Shown: positions 55,047-64,000, counted from the stretch's first letter. The stretch: 64,000 nt of DNA from Minisyncoccota bacterium (GCA_041662525.1 JBAZSF010000002.1:90196-154195); one strand, 5' to 3'. Program-made: numbers and translations. The notes: generated by a model not told the origin, from the sequence alone.

Positions 55047-57032
55047 ATGAAATTTAATTTAAAAAATGTTTTTCTATCAATCGGAGTTCTTGTTTTATCT
55101 TTTGTGATGTTCGCAGGCAAAGCAGATGCCGTAGCGATATCTTCTAATGGTACAGGTGGTGGTGCTTTCGGGAGTACTAGTACATGGGCGGGGGGTGTCG
55201 TTCCTTCTGCAGCCGACGATATAACAATCGTTTCGGGTGATACTGTGACCGTGGCAGATGATACTACTGATACCACAGGATCAATAACCATTGATGATGG
55301 AGGTGCTCTTACAGTTAGTGGTACTCTTACAGTTACTGACCCAGCCTTTGTGGCCAACAACGGTACCCTTACTGTTACGACTTCTTTAACAGGGGACGGT
55401 ACAGTCACAAATGGTGCTACTGGTGTATTGAACATCGGGGGAGCAGTTGACGTAACGACTCTTACTGCCACAGTATCTGGTAACATCGTAAATTACACAG
55501 GGGCTGGACAAACTTGTAAGGCAACGACTTATTACAACTTGAGATTTACTGGAAGTGGTTCAGTGACTTGTGCTCCAGTAGCTACAACTAATATTCTAAC
55601 AAGTGGTACTCCATCTTGGACTTTGTCATCAGCTTTCACTAATGCTGGGACTTTGACTGTTGGATCAGGAACTACTATCATTACTGCTGGTTTTGCTTTT
55701 ACAGTATCTGGTGTTACTACTATTAATGGTGGTACTTTGACTTTAACGAACAACACTGGAGCAAAAACATTTACTGGTCTTGTTACAGTAAACAGTGGAA
55801 CTTTAAATGGTGCAAGTACTAACATTATTACTTCAGCAGGTATTGCCAACGTTGCCGGAACAGTTTCTATTACAGGAACAGATACTATAGGTACAGCTGG
55901 AGCTACATTTAGTGGTACTAACGCTATTGCGAACTTGATTATTTCTACAGGAACAACTACTAACTCTGGAACTATGACTATTAGTGGTGCTTTGACTGTT
56001 AATGGAGCAATGACCAACAGTGGTACTTTGACTGCTGCTGCTGTCGCTGCAAGTAGTAATACACTTACAAACAGTGGAACTGCTACTATCACCACTTTTT
56101 CTGGCACATTAGTCGGACTTACAAACACTGGTACTTTAAATCTTGCGGGAGCAACTACCGCTGCCGCTGACATTACAACTTTGACTGCAGGAACAGCAGG
56201 TACAGTTAATTATAATTTAGCAGGAAATCAAACTATTAAAACTGGAACTTATTATGATCTTACTCTAAGTGGTGGTGGTTCTGCAGTAAAAACCATTTTA
56301 GCTACTACGACTGTTGTTCATGATTTAAGCATAGCTGCTTCAACAATAGCTAGTTTAACAAATGGTGGTTCTTCTACTGCTAATGGTTTGAAATTTGCTG
56401 GAAATTATCAACATGGAGGTTCATGGGGTGGTGCTGATTCTGCCGCAACACAAAAAAGTGCTACTTATTTTGCAGGAACTGTGACTGGTATTGTAACTGT
56501 TGCTGTAAGTCATACTGGTGGTAACCCAAATGAAGAAACTATAATAGTTATTCCAGCTACTCCAGCCGTTGCGCAAAGTACTGTACCTGTAACCATTCAA
56601 ATTACTCCAGAAATTACTATGGTTACGACATCTCCAGGTTGTTCTGGTGGAAATTTGTTTAATACTTCTACTGGTGCAGCTTGTGTAAATAATCCTGCAG
56701 TCCCAGAAGGATGTGGGGGAGGGAAGGCTTTTAGTCCTGTCACCGGTCAAGCTTGTCCAGCAAGTTCAACTACGACTGTCACCACTACTACAACAACAAC
56801 CACAACTTACAATTTCGGTACCACAACTCTTAAAAATGGAAGTAGAGGAGAAGCGGTGAAGGAACTTCAGAGATTCTTGAATGCTAAATTGAGTCTTGGT
56901 TTGGTAGTTGATGGAATATTAGGTCCAAAAACTATTAAAGTGATCAAACAATGGCAAAAAGATCGTGGTCTAGTAGCTGACGGTCTCATCGGTGCAAAAA
57001 CAAAAGCAAAGATGAATGCAGAAGCTAACTAA
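55047..57032 (+). CDS. Secreted beta-helix/adhesin-like protein with C-terminal peptidoglycan-binding domain
   Basis: Signal peptide, STWAGGVVP, repeated NxGTLT turns, LKNGSRGEAVKELQ...DGILGPKT. Confidence 0.82.
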   Translation: MKFNLKNVFLSIGVLVLSFVMFAGKADAVAISSNGTGGGAFGSTSTWAGGVVPSAADDITIVSGDTVTVADDTTDTTGSITIDDGGALTVSGTLTVTDPAFVANNGTLTVTTSLTGDGTVTNGATGVLNIGGAVDVTTLTATVSGNIVNYTGAGQTCKATTYYNLRFTGSGSVTCAPVATTNILTSGTPSWTLSSAFTNAGTLTVGSGTTIITAGFAFTVSGVTTINGGTLTLTNNTGAKTFTGLVTVNSGTLNGASTNIITSAGIANVAGTVSITGTDTIGTAGATFSGTNAIANLIISTGTTTNSGTMTISGALTVNGAMTNSGTLTAAAVAASSNTLTNSGTATITTFSGTLVGLTNTGTLNLAGATTAAADITTLTAGTAGTVNYNLAGNQTIKTGTYYDLTLSGGGSAVKTILATTTVVHDLSIAASTIASLTNGGSSTANGLKFAGNYQHGGSWGGADSAATQKSATYFAGTVTGIVTVAVSHTGGNPNEETIIVIPATPAVAQSTVPVTIQITPEITMVTTSPGCSGGNLFNTSTGAACVNNPAVPEGCGGGKAFSPVTGQACPASSTTTVTTTTTTTTTYNFGTTTLKNGSRGEAVKELQRFLNAKLSLGLVVDGILGPKTIKVIKQWQKDRGLVADGLIGAKTKAKMNAEAN

Positions 57033-57059
57033 CTAAACTTAATTTCTAAAGTTTATTGA

Positions 57060-57096
57060 AAACCCCGTCGCTCACGAGCGACGGGGTTTTGTTTTT
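57060..57096 (+). terminator. Intrinsic terminator
   Basis: AAACCCCGTCGCTC-AC-GAGCGACGGGGTTTT. Confidence 0.8.
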
Positions 57097-57124
57097 GTGG
57101 CTTTATTTTGATATGATATTAAAT

Positions 57125-57313
57125 ATGTTTGAACTTTTTTTTAAAATTTGGTGGATGATCGCAATCCTACCAGTTCTTATCTTTTTTGAAGCTACTAAAA
57201 AGTTTTCAGATTTCTTAAAGAAAAGAAACATCTATTCACACTGGGATTCCTGGCATTCTGGTGTCATTGTTCTAATCATTTTAATCATTATTCTCCTCCT
57301 AAACGGGTATTAA
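57125..57313 (+). CDS. Small membrane protein
   Basis: MFELFFKIWWMIAILP... with two hydrophobic segments; TATGAT -10 just upstream. Confidence 0.6.
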   Translation: MFELFFKIWWMIAILPVLIFFEATKKFSDFLKKRNIYSHWDSWHSGVIVLIILIIILLLNGY

Positions 57314-57334
57314 TTAACATTTCCCCTAAGCTGT

Positions 57335-58155
57335 TTCGGACGTCCAACGTCCGAATAAGAATATCCACAGAAATGCGGGTATTCTTATTATTTTATGAGA
57401 TAATAGATAAATTATATTTATATTTTAAAACTTTCGGACGTCCAACGTCCGAAAAAAAGTTTATTATTTTGTATGAGAAAAGATCCACTTATAACCAACC
57501 AATATTATCATATCTATAATAGGGGAGTTGATAAAAGAGATATTTTTATGAATGAAGCTGATCTTAATAGGTTTGTTTTAAGTGTTAAGAAATTCAATGA
57601 TATTGATCCTATAGGTAGTATAAAAGATTTAATGCTGAAAAAACCAGAGGATTCGGACGTTGGACGTCCGAATCCTCTGGTTTCGATAGTTTGTTATTGT
57701 TTTAATCCAAATCATTTTCATTTTATTATAAAACAGGAGGTGGACGGTGGTATTTCTGAATTTTTAAAGCGTTTGCTTGGTGGATATACAAAATATTTTA
57801 ATTTGACCCACAAAAGAAGTGGTGCATTGTTTCAAGGAAGGTTTAAATCAAACTTAATAGACGATAATGCATATTTTTTAAAAATTCGACCGTATGTTCA
57901 TTTAAATTATTTAGTGCACGATATTCCAAAGGAAAAAATGCACTTAGTTTTATCAAGTGAAAAAGAATACAATATGGGTGATTTCGTTATTGTTGAAGAA
58001 AAAGAGGCAAAAGAACTTTTAGATTTTTATAATGGTAACGAAAATTTTAAGAAAGAGTGTTTAGATGTAATTTCTTTTATTAAAGAAGAAAGAAAATTAA
58101 ATTTTTCTTTAGAAGAGGATCTATTTATATAAAATTCGGACGTCCAACGTCCGAA
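57335..58155. repeat. Four copies of the REP palindrome TTCGGACGT-CCA-ACGTCCGAA
   Basis: 57335-57355, 57433-57453 and 58135-58155, plus an inverted copy at 57652-57672 inside the transposase. Confidence 0.92.
57473..58132 (+). mobile_element. REP-associated tyrosine transposase (RAYT, HUH Y1 family)
   Basis: YHIYNRG, YCFNPNHFH (HUH), LFQGRFKS, YVHLN; flanked by palindromes. Confidence 0.9.
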
Positions 58156-58212
58156 AGAAAAGTTTTCCACAATTTTTTTTGTAATTTATTTTATTTTTTA
58201 TATAATTTAAAA

Positions 58213-58851
58213 ATGGAAAAAATAAAAATGTTGTTCGCCCACAGAATTTTTAAAATATTTTGGTGGGTTTTTTTAATTTTGGCTGGTTTATTTATTATTT
58301 TAGTTATTGTGCGTGCTTTTCATTTTTATAATTTAGATAAGACAAATGCGCAGGTGGAGAAAATTCATGCGACGAAACTCACACTCGATGACGTAATGGG
58401 TAAAAATCTTCCACCAGATCCGGGTGCTGAAGCAGATAAAACTGTGGCGGGTATTGATGCAAACAATAACGGTATTCGGGATGATGTAGAGCTTGCGGTC
58501 TTTAAAGAATACCCAAACTCTGCGAAAACCAGAGCGGTGCTTTTGCAGTATGCATTGGCTTTGCAGATGGAGGTGATACAGCCGATGATAAATACAACTA
58601 TAGTAGATAAGGTGATAGGAGAACAAAGCAGGGGAAGTTCTTGTGTTGCTGATATTCTTGTGCCAAGGGAAAGCCCTGAATCTAGTAGAAATGATAAAGA
58701 TATGGAAAAAATTGATACATATATTAATTTTATTGAAAATAAACAATTCAATACTGAAATTCGAATTAAAGCACGGGAAGATTTTTATAAAAATCTTGGA
58801 AATTTTGCTAATTCAACAAAAGATGAAGATTGTGATCTAGATGTTTTTTAA
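58213..58851 (+). CDS. Membrane-anchored protein with LPPDPG...GIDANNNGIRDD motif
   Basis: N-terminal TM helix; DxNxNG loop resembling a Ca-binding site. Confidence 0.75.
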   Translation: MEKIKMLFAHRIFKIFWWVFLILAGLFIILVIVRAFHFYNLDKTNAQVEKIHATKLTLDDVMGKNLPPDPGAEADKTVAGIDANNNGIRDDVELAVFKEYPNSAKTRAVLLQYALALQMEVIQPMINTTIVDKVIGEQSRGSSCVADILVPRESPESSRNDKDMEKIDTYINFIENKQFNTEIRIKAREDFYKNLGNFANSTKDEDCDLDVF

Positions 58852-58882
58852 TTACAAAATTAAAGTTTCATAATTTTTTTAT

Positions 58883-61800
58883 ATGAAAAATAGAATATGG
58901 TTTATTTTTGTTCTGGTTTTGTTCTTTTTATTTTGTTTTAAAGATGTTTCAGCGAGCGAACTATGTTCACCAAAAGGATATAGTATTTTTACTGTAAATG
59001 GAATATTGAATAGTGAAATTGATGCTATAAAAAATAAAGATAAATTAAAAAGTAAATTTCCGCCCACTTACAATAACGAACCTTTGATTATTGACTACCT
59101 CTACAACCCCACCCATCTTGCTGGAGCAGGGGATTTGATTGATGCAGTAAAACAAGGGCTTTTTGATCAAAAATCCGATTATGATTTAGTAGAAATGTTG
59201 AATGATGCAAGTCAAAAAGTTACCACTCAAAAAGTATTACTCGTTGCTCATTCGCAGGGTAATTTTTATGCAAACAATTTTTATGACAAAGTTGCCGACC
59301 AAGAAGGGGGAGTCCCTGGTCAGTCTATAGGTATATATGGCGTAGCAAGTCCCGCAAACCGTGTCGCTGGCGGAGGAAAATATTTAACTTCTAATACCGA
59401 TAATGTTATTGCTACTATGGTAGCACGTTATATTAAAATTTTATCACCCAATATTCACATATCACTTTCAAGTAATGATGATAGAAATGGTCATGATTTT
59501 TCTGGCGTGTATTTAAAATATCAAGGAGACAGAATCGTTTCTGATATTAAATCCTCACTTAATAAATTAAAAGATAATGATGAGCAAGATTCCAGAGAAC
59601 CTTGCATATCTCCGCCAGAACTTTCTACGCTTCACAAAGTGCAAGGTCTAGCTTTTGCTGTGGCTGATCCAACAGCCAATTTTACTAAAACAGTTGCTGT
59701 TAAAACTGCCCTTGGTTCATATAAAATTGCTTCAGCCATTGGAAATGGTGTGTTAGGAGGGGTGAATTTAGTTGCTAATTCTATTTCTTCATTTACCAAA
59801 AATACAAAAGGATTGGTACCTAACAACGACGCGGGAGTAGTTTTATCTAATGGCGAGACATCTTCAAATACTAATAGTGCAAATCCAACGAACAGTACCC
59901 CAAAAAGTTCTATTGTTTCACAGATTACAAATAAAATAAAAACATTAGCGATGGGGATAGTTGATCCAAATTCTGTATCAGCTGAGAATAACGAAGATTC
60001 TTCTTTGCCTGCGCCTGTATCTATTCCTGAGAATATTGATAGCATTGATTCTATAAGTAGTGAAAATAATACAAGCGGGAGTAATGGCGGTGGTAGTGGA
60101 GGGGAAGTTGTTTTACCTGTTGAGCCTACTTTAGACACTATTCCTCCCGTCGTAATTGAACCCGAGATTATTCCTCCAGTTGTAGAACCCACACTAGTTG
60201 TAGATATTATTTCACCCGTCATCACTATTCTCGGAAATAATCCCACAGAAATTATAAAAGATACTATTTACACTGATGCTGGAGCGACTGCGCTGGATGA
60301 TATTGATGGAGTACGAGATGTCGTTGCTACAGGATTTGTAGATGTTGCTGTTGTTGGCACTTATATTATAACTTACACCGCGACTGATTTGTCTCAAAAT
60401 ATTGCGACCGTGACACGAACTGTAAATGTTGTTGCCCTTCCAGTGGTTGAAGAAGAAATTATTCCAATTATTCCACCGGTTCCAGAGGAAGAAGTTTTGC
60501 CTCCGCTTCCACCAACTCCTCCTCCGCTCAATACTGTTACGATAAATGAAAACACTACATTAGCTCCAGGCGAATACAATTATGATAATTTAATTATCAC
60601 TAACAATGCAGTTTTAACCCTCGAAGGAGACCCAACTTCTTTAAACGATTTTAAAGGAGTAAAAATAAATGCTGTGAATATTACCATTGATGCTGGTTCA
60701 TTAATTTCTGCTGATGGAAAAGGATATGGTCCCAATCAGGGTCCGGGTGCCGGGGAAGATGTATCTGCTATTTCAAACCCTGGCGCAAGTTATGGAGGAG
60801 CTAGTTCTGGTAATTCTAATGAAACAATTTATGGTTCAGCCACTCATCCAATTGATTTAGGTAGTGGTGGAATTACATATGGTGGCGGAGCTATCCGTAT
60901 TATGGTCTCTGATACTTTTACAAATAATGGAATTGTTTCTGTTAATGGAAATACCTCAAGTAGTGGTGGCAGTATTTATGTGACAGCGAAAGACATAGGA
61001 GGTAGTGGAGTATTTCGATCTAATGGTGGAGGTCTTTATGCGGGGAATTATTGGAAAAGCCCGGGCGCAGGAGGACGAGTCGCTATTTATTATCAGACTT
61101 CATCTTTTGGTGGAACTGCCGAAGCAAAAGGAGGATGTGGTAGTTATGATGGATGGAGCATGTCTTGCTCGCAAAATGGCACTGTAGGTCTTTTTGATGA
61201 ATCGGCAAATAATCTTTATATTAATAATTATTGGAATTTCCAAAAAAATGATAGTCCATTTAATTTCAATAATATTATTTTAACAGGAGCGAAAGTAATA
61301 ATTGATGATGGTACAGAAATTAATGCGAGTGGTATTATTCTCGACAAAGCTTCAACATTTACTCTTTCTGGCGAAGAAATTATTAACGTAGGAACCCTTT
61401 CTCTTTTAGGAAATTCAGATATTACTATAATTCCTGAAAAGATACTTTCTTTGAAAGTTTCAAATCTTAATATTGAAAAAGGTTCGACAATCTTTGCTGA
61501 TGACAAAGGGTACGTTAATGGACCCGGAACTTCCGAAATATATGGTGAAGCTGGGGCGAGCTACGGAGGTAAAGGAGGTGGCGCAACAGCCAAACCAGCT
61601 TATGGTTCTGATGTAGCACCGGCAGACTTCGGTAGTGGGACGGAGGGTCGTCGTGGTGGCGGGGCTATTCGCTTAATAGTGGATAATAATTTTAAAAATG
61701 ATGGTATCGTTTCAGCTAGTGGAATTTCAGAGCGTGTTAGCGGAGGCAGTATTTATGTAACAGCAAATAATATAAGCGGTAACGGTGTTTTTAAAGCAAA

Positions 61801-62671
61801 TGGTGGAAGTAGTTCTTGGCCTTATGGACCTATCGGGGGTGGGGGTGGAAGAATAGCAATTCATTATAAAACTTCTGATTTTTCTGGAACGACAAATGTT
61901 TTGTCTGGTATTTATTGTTTTTATGGTTGTGCTCCAGCGGGAGAGGCAGGCACTGTTAAAATGATAGATGATTCAATTCCAATTCTACCTCCGCCGGCTT
62001 CTCCGATTCTTAGTTCTGCAAAAATTATCACAACATTTAATTTTTCAAACTTAACACTGAACGTTATTGGAGTTCTAGATGAAACTAATCACAATGTTTC
62101 TTTAACTGTTCCTTTTAGTACTGATGTAAAAACTCTTGTTCCTACTATTACAATTTCAGAAAAAGCTTCAATCAATCCAAACACAGAGGTAGCGCAAGAC
62201 TTTACTAGTCCAGTTACTTATACAGTTACTGCCGAAGATGGCTCTACACAGAATTATGTTGTGGCGGTTTTGATTACTCCTGCTCCTGAACCTGAGCCTG
62301 AACCAGAACCTACTCCAGACATCACTCCGCCTTCAATTACGAGTTATACGTTCAATGGCGTAGCGGGTAACATTACGACTGATCCGTTAACAAATCCTGT
62401 GTCTATTGTTTTAACTGCCAATGAAAAAGTAAATTGGACTTCTATAAAAATTGAAAATCAAGATAATCCAAGCATTCATAAATATTTTTATGACGGTGCA
62501 AATTGTGTTAACGGTACTGATACTTGTACTAAAATTTGGAACGGAGAAACTTTTGGCGGAACTTTGCAAAATGGCATATATAAAATTAAAATAAAAATGA
62601 AAGATTTAGCTGGCAATGATTTCAATGATTATCTTTTCCCTTATGTAATTACAATAAACACCCATATTTAG
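58883..62671 (+). CDS. Large secreted multidomain protein: alpha/beta-hydrolase-like N-terminus, Ig-like domains, Gly-rich repeats
   Basis: Signal peptide; VAHSQGN nucleophile elbow; YTDAGATA.D..DG Ig-like unit; GSGG/GGGAIRI repeats; QDFTSPVTYTVTAEDG. Confidence 0.82.
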   Translation: MKNRIWFIFVLVLFFLFCFKDVSASELCSPKGYSIFTVNGILNSEIDAIKNKDKLKSKFPPTYNNEPLIIDYLYNPTHLAGAGDLIDAVKQGLFDQKSDYDLVEMLNDASQKVTTQKVLLVAHSQGNFYANNFYDKVADQEGGVPGQSIGIYGVASPANRVAGGGKYLTSNTDNVIATMVARYIKILSPNIHISLSSNDDRNGHDFSGVYLKYQGDRIVSDIKSSLNKLKDNDEQDSREPCISPPELSTLHKVQGLAFAVADPTANFTKTVAVKTALGSYKIASAIGNGVLGGVNLVANSISSFTKNTKGLVPNNDAGVVLSNGETSSNTNSANPTNSTPKSSIVSQITNKIKTLAMGIVDPNSVSAENNEDSSLPAPVSIPENIDSIDSISSENNTSGSNGGGSGGEVVLPVEPTLDTIPPVVIEPEIIPPVVEPTLVVDIISPVITILGNNPTEIIKDTIYTDAGATALDDIDGVRDVVATGFVDVAVVGTYIITYTATDLSQNIATVTRTVNVVALPVVEEEIIPIIPPVPEEEVLPPLPPTPPPLNTVTINENTTLAPGEYNYDNLIITNNAVLTLEGDPTSLNDFKGVKINAVNITIDAGSLISADGKGYGPNQGPGAGEDVSAISNPGASYGGASSGNSNETIYGSATHPIDLGSGGITYGGGAIRIMVSDTFTNNGIVSVNGNTSSSGGSIYVTAKDIGGSGVFRSNGGGLYAGNYWKSPGAGGRVAIYYQTSSFGGTAEAKGGCGSYDGWSMSCSQNGTVGLFDESANNLYINNYWNFQKNDSPFNFNNIILTGAKVIIDDGTEINASGIILDKASTFTLSGEEIINVGTLSLLGNSDITIIPEKILSLKVSNLNIEKGSTIFADDKGYVNGPGTSEIYGEAGASYGGKGGGATAKPAYGSDVAPADFGSGTEGRRGGGAIRLIVDNNFKNDGIVSASGISERVSGGSIYVTANNISGNGVFKANGGSSSWPYGPIGGGGGRIAIHYKTSDFSGTTNVLSGIYCFYGCAPAGEAGTVKMIDDSIPILPPPASPILSSAKIITTFNFSNLTLNVIGVLDETNHNVSLTVPFSTDVKTLVPTITISEKASINPNTEVAQDFTSPVTYTVTAEDGSTQNYVVAVLITPAPEPEPEPEPTPDITPPSITSYTFNGVAGNITTDPLTNPVSIVLTANEKVNWTSIKIENQDNPSIHKYFYDGANCVNGTDTCTKIWNGETFGGTLQNGIYKIKIKMKDLAGNDFNDYLFPYVITINTHI

Positions 62672-62724
62672 TTTCCCCTAAGCCGGGCTTAGGGGAAACC
62701 TGTCGGGTGTTGGACACCCGACAG
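62671..62724. repeat. Two adjacent perfect hairpins, the second a variant of the RAYT REP
   Basis: GTTTCCCCTAAGCC-G-GGCTTAGGGGAAAC and CTGTCGGGTGT-TGG-ACACCCGACAG. Confidence 0.75.
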
Positions 62725-62766
62725 CTGTTCTTGCTTCAAATATTTGAATTATAGTATAATTAAACC

Positions 62767-62913
62767 ATGGTTACCAAACATTTCTTTAAGGTTCTGACGA
62801 TTTTTGCATCAATGATAATTCTAGGATTAATTGTGCTTTTAGCTACAGAATATTTTGGTGAGCAGGCAGTACAGGCAACGAATACAGATAGTCAAAATCA
62901 GGTTGCAAAGTAA
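62767..62913 (+). CDS. 48-aa membrane microprotein (not in the ORF track)
   Basis: MVTKHFFKVLTIFASMIILGLIVLLATEYFGEQAVQATNTDSQNQVAK; TTGCTT...TATAAT directly upstream. Confidence 0.6.
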   Translation: MVTKHFFKVLTIFASMIILGLIVLLATEYFGEQAVQATNTDSQNQVAK

Positions 62914-62937
62914 AGGGAATATGGTATATTAATGATA

Positions 62938-63000
62938 CCGCAGAGAAAGCAGGCAAACCTTAAGTCCTGTTTAGTGGGTCGATAAAGCGGTTTTTACCGT
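62938..63000 (+). promoter_or_regulatory. Probable ribosomal protein L10 leader
   Basis: CCGCAGAGAAAGCAGG...TTAAGTCCTGT...GCGG directly upstream of rplJ. Confidence 0.5.
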
Positions 63001-63025
63001 TTTTTTAATTTTATATTTAAAAAAA

Positions 63026-63508
63026 ATGCTATTAAAAACAAAAAAAGAAGAAATGATCAAGGACTTGGAAGGAGTAATTAAAAACTCTGAATCTTTAGTC
63101 TTTGTTAATTTTCATGGTTTAAAAGTAAGCGATGAAACGATGCTTCGAAAGAATCTTCGAGATCAAGGCGTGAATTATAAAGTTTCCAGAAAAACATTAC
63201 TGGCCCGTGCGCTCAAAGGTAAAGCAGAGGGAGAGATCCCAGAGCTTGCCGGAGAAGTTGCTATTGCATATTCCAAAGATGCTATTTCTTCACCACGAGA
63301 AGTGTATAATTTCCAAAAAACTCACAAAGGGGCTCTTAGTATTTTGGGTGGTATTTTTGGAGGTAAATTTGTGGATGGTGCTTATATGATGGAAATGGCA
63401 ACGATCCCAAGTAGGGAAGTCTTGCTTTCCAAGATTGCATTCTTGCTCAAGTCTCCTATGCAACGTTTGGCTCTCGCAGTAAACGAAGTAGCGAAGCAAA
63501 AGAAATAA
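63026..63508 (+). CDS. rplJ: 50S ribosomal protein L10
   Basis: GLKV...LR...KTLL, ATIPSRE.LL; precedes rplL. Confidence 0.93.
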   Translation: MLLKTKKEEMIKDLEGVIKNSESLVFVNFHGLKVSDETMLRKNLRDQGVNYKVSRKTLLARALKGKAEGEIPELAGEVAIAYSKDAISSPREVYNFQKTHKGALSILGGIFGGKFVDGAYMMEMATIPSREVLLSKIAFLLKSPMQRLALAVNEVAKQKK

Positions 63509-63544
63509 TCAGAATAATATTAATAGTTAATTATATAAAAATAT

Positions 63545-63910
63545 ATGTCAAAATTTGATTCATTTATGAAAGACCTCGAGAGCGCATCAGTCTTGGAACT
63601 CAATGACTTGGTGAAAGCAATCGAAGAAAAGTTCGGAGTATCAGCTGCCGCTGTCGCTGTGGCTGGTCCGGCTGCTGCTGCCGAAGCAGTGGAAGAGAAA
63701 GATTCATTTAGTGTTGTTCTTACATCTGCTGGTGAGCAGAAGATCGCGGTAATGAAAGTTGTCAAAGAAGCACTCGGTCTCGGTCTTAAAGATGCTAAAG
63801 ATCTAGTGGATGCTGCTCCTTCAAATCTAAAAGATGGAATGAAGAAAGCTGAAGCTGAAGATCTAAAGAAAAAGATTGAAGAAGCAGGAGGAAAAGTCGA
63901 GTTAAAATAG
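63545..63910 (+). CDS. rplL: 50S ribosomal protein L7/L12
   Basis: [28 protein letters not shown]. Confidence 0.97.
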   Translation: MSKFDSFMKDLESASVLELNDLVKAIEEKFGVSAAAVAVAGPAAAAEAVEEKDSFSVVLTSAGEQKIAVMKVVKEALGLGLKDAKDLVDAAPSNLKDGMKKAEAEDLKKKIEEAGGKVELK

Positions 63911-63965
63911 CAAAGCTATTTTAACGAGATACTGAACGAAGTGAATGTATAAGAGTTGAAATTTA

Positions 63966-63997
63966 AAAAAAACGGAAGCATTGCTTCCGTTTTTTTT
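63966..63997 (+). terminator. Intrinsic terminator
   Basis: AAAAAAACGGAAGC-ATT-GCTTCCGTTTTTTT. Confidence 0.85.
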
Positions 63998-64000
63998 GTG

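Noticed and set aside
53564-56173. Long antisense ORFs opposite the surface proteins (53564-54085, 55031-55486, 55532-56173)
   Set aside because: Expected shadow ORFs of Thr/Gly/Ala-rich, codon-biased genes

Overview
AT-rich, gene-dense chromosomal window read with the standard code (TGA = stop). The gene repertoire and style (GWAWSSNIGW and GNVGIGT surface proteins, type IV pilus/competence genes, trigger factor lacking its PPIase domain, few Shine-Dalgarno sites) point to a CPR/Patescibacteria (Parcubacteria-like) genome; this is inference. It holds housekeeping genes (argG/argH, tig, ppa, nusA, tpiA, pgk, recJ, rnhA, sod, glyA, tmk, dut, argS, ileS, recO, glyQS, metG, tatD, rpsF-ssb-rpsR, efp, recA, ftsK, rplJ-rplL), a pilB-pilC-minor pilin operon, a split comEC, several surface proteins and a REP-associated HUH tyrosine transposase (RAYT) flanked by 21-nt palindromes. 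The main hidden layer is small structured DNA. (i) Three families of ~80-150 nt elements have a conserved GC-rich core, but their long inverted arms differ at every locus; one copy is translated in frame inside IleRS. (ii) More than 15 short palindromes sit in frame in mostly conserved genes (ileS, argS, metG, glyQS, tatD, pgk, recA, rnhA, comEC, a pilin, PIF1). (iii) A covarying two-hairpin motif abuts the start codons of both nusA and argS. (iv) An orphan ~200-nt structured RNA candidate has its own promoter and terminator. IleRS also carries an inserted histidine-phosphatase domain. No CRISPR array, rRNA or tRNA was recognised. All calls were made by eye, without database searches.
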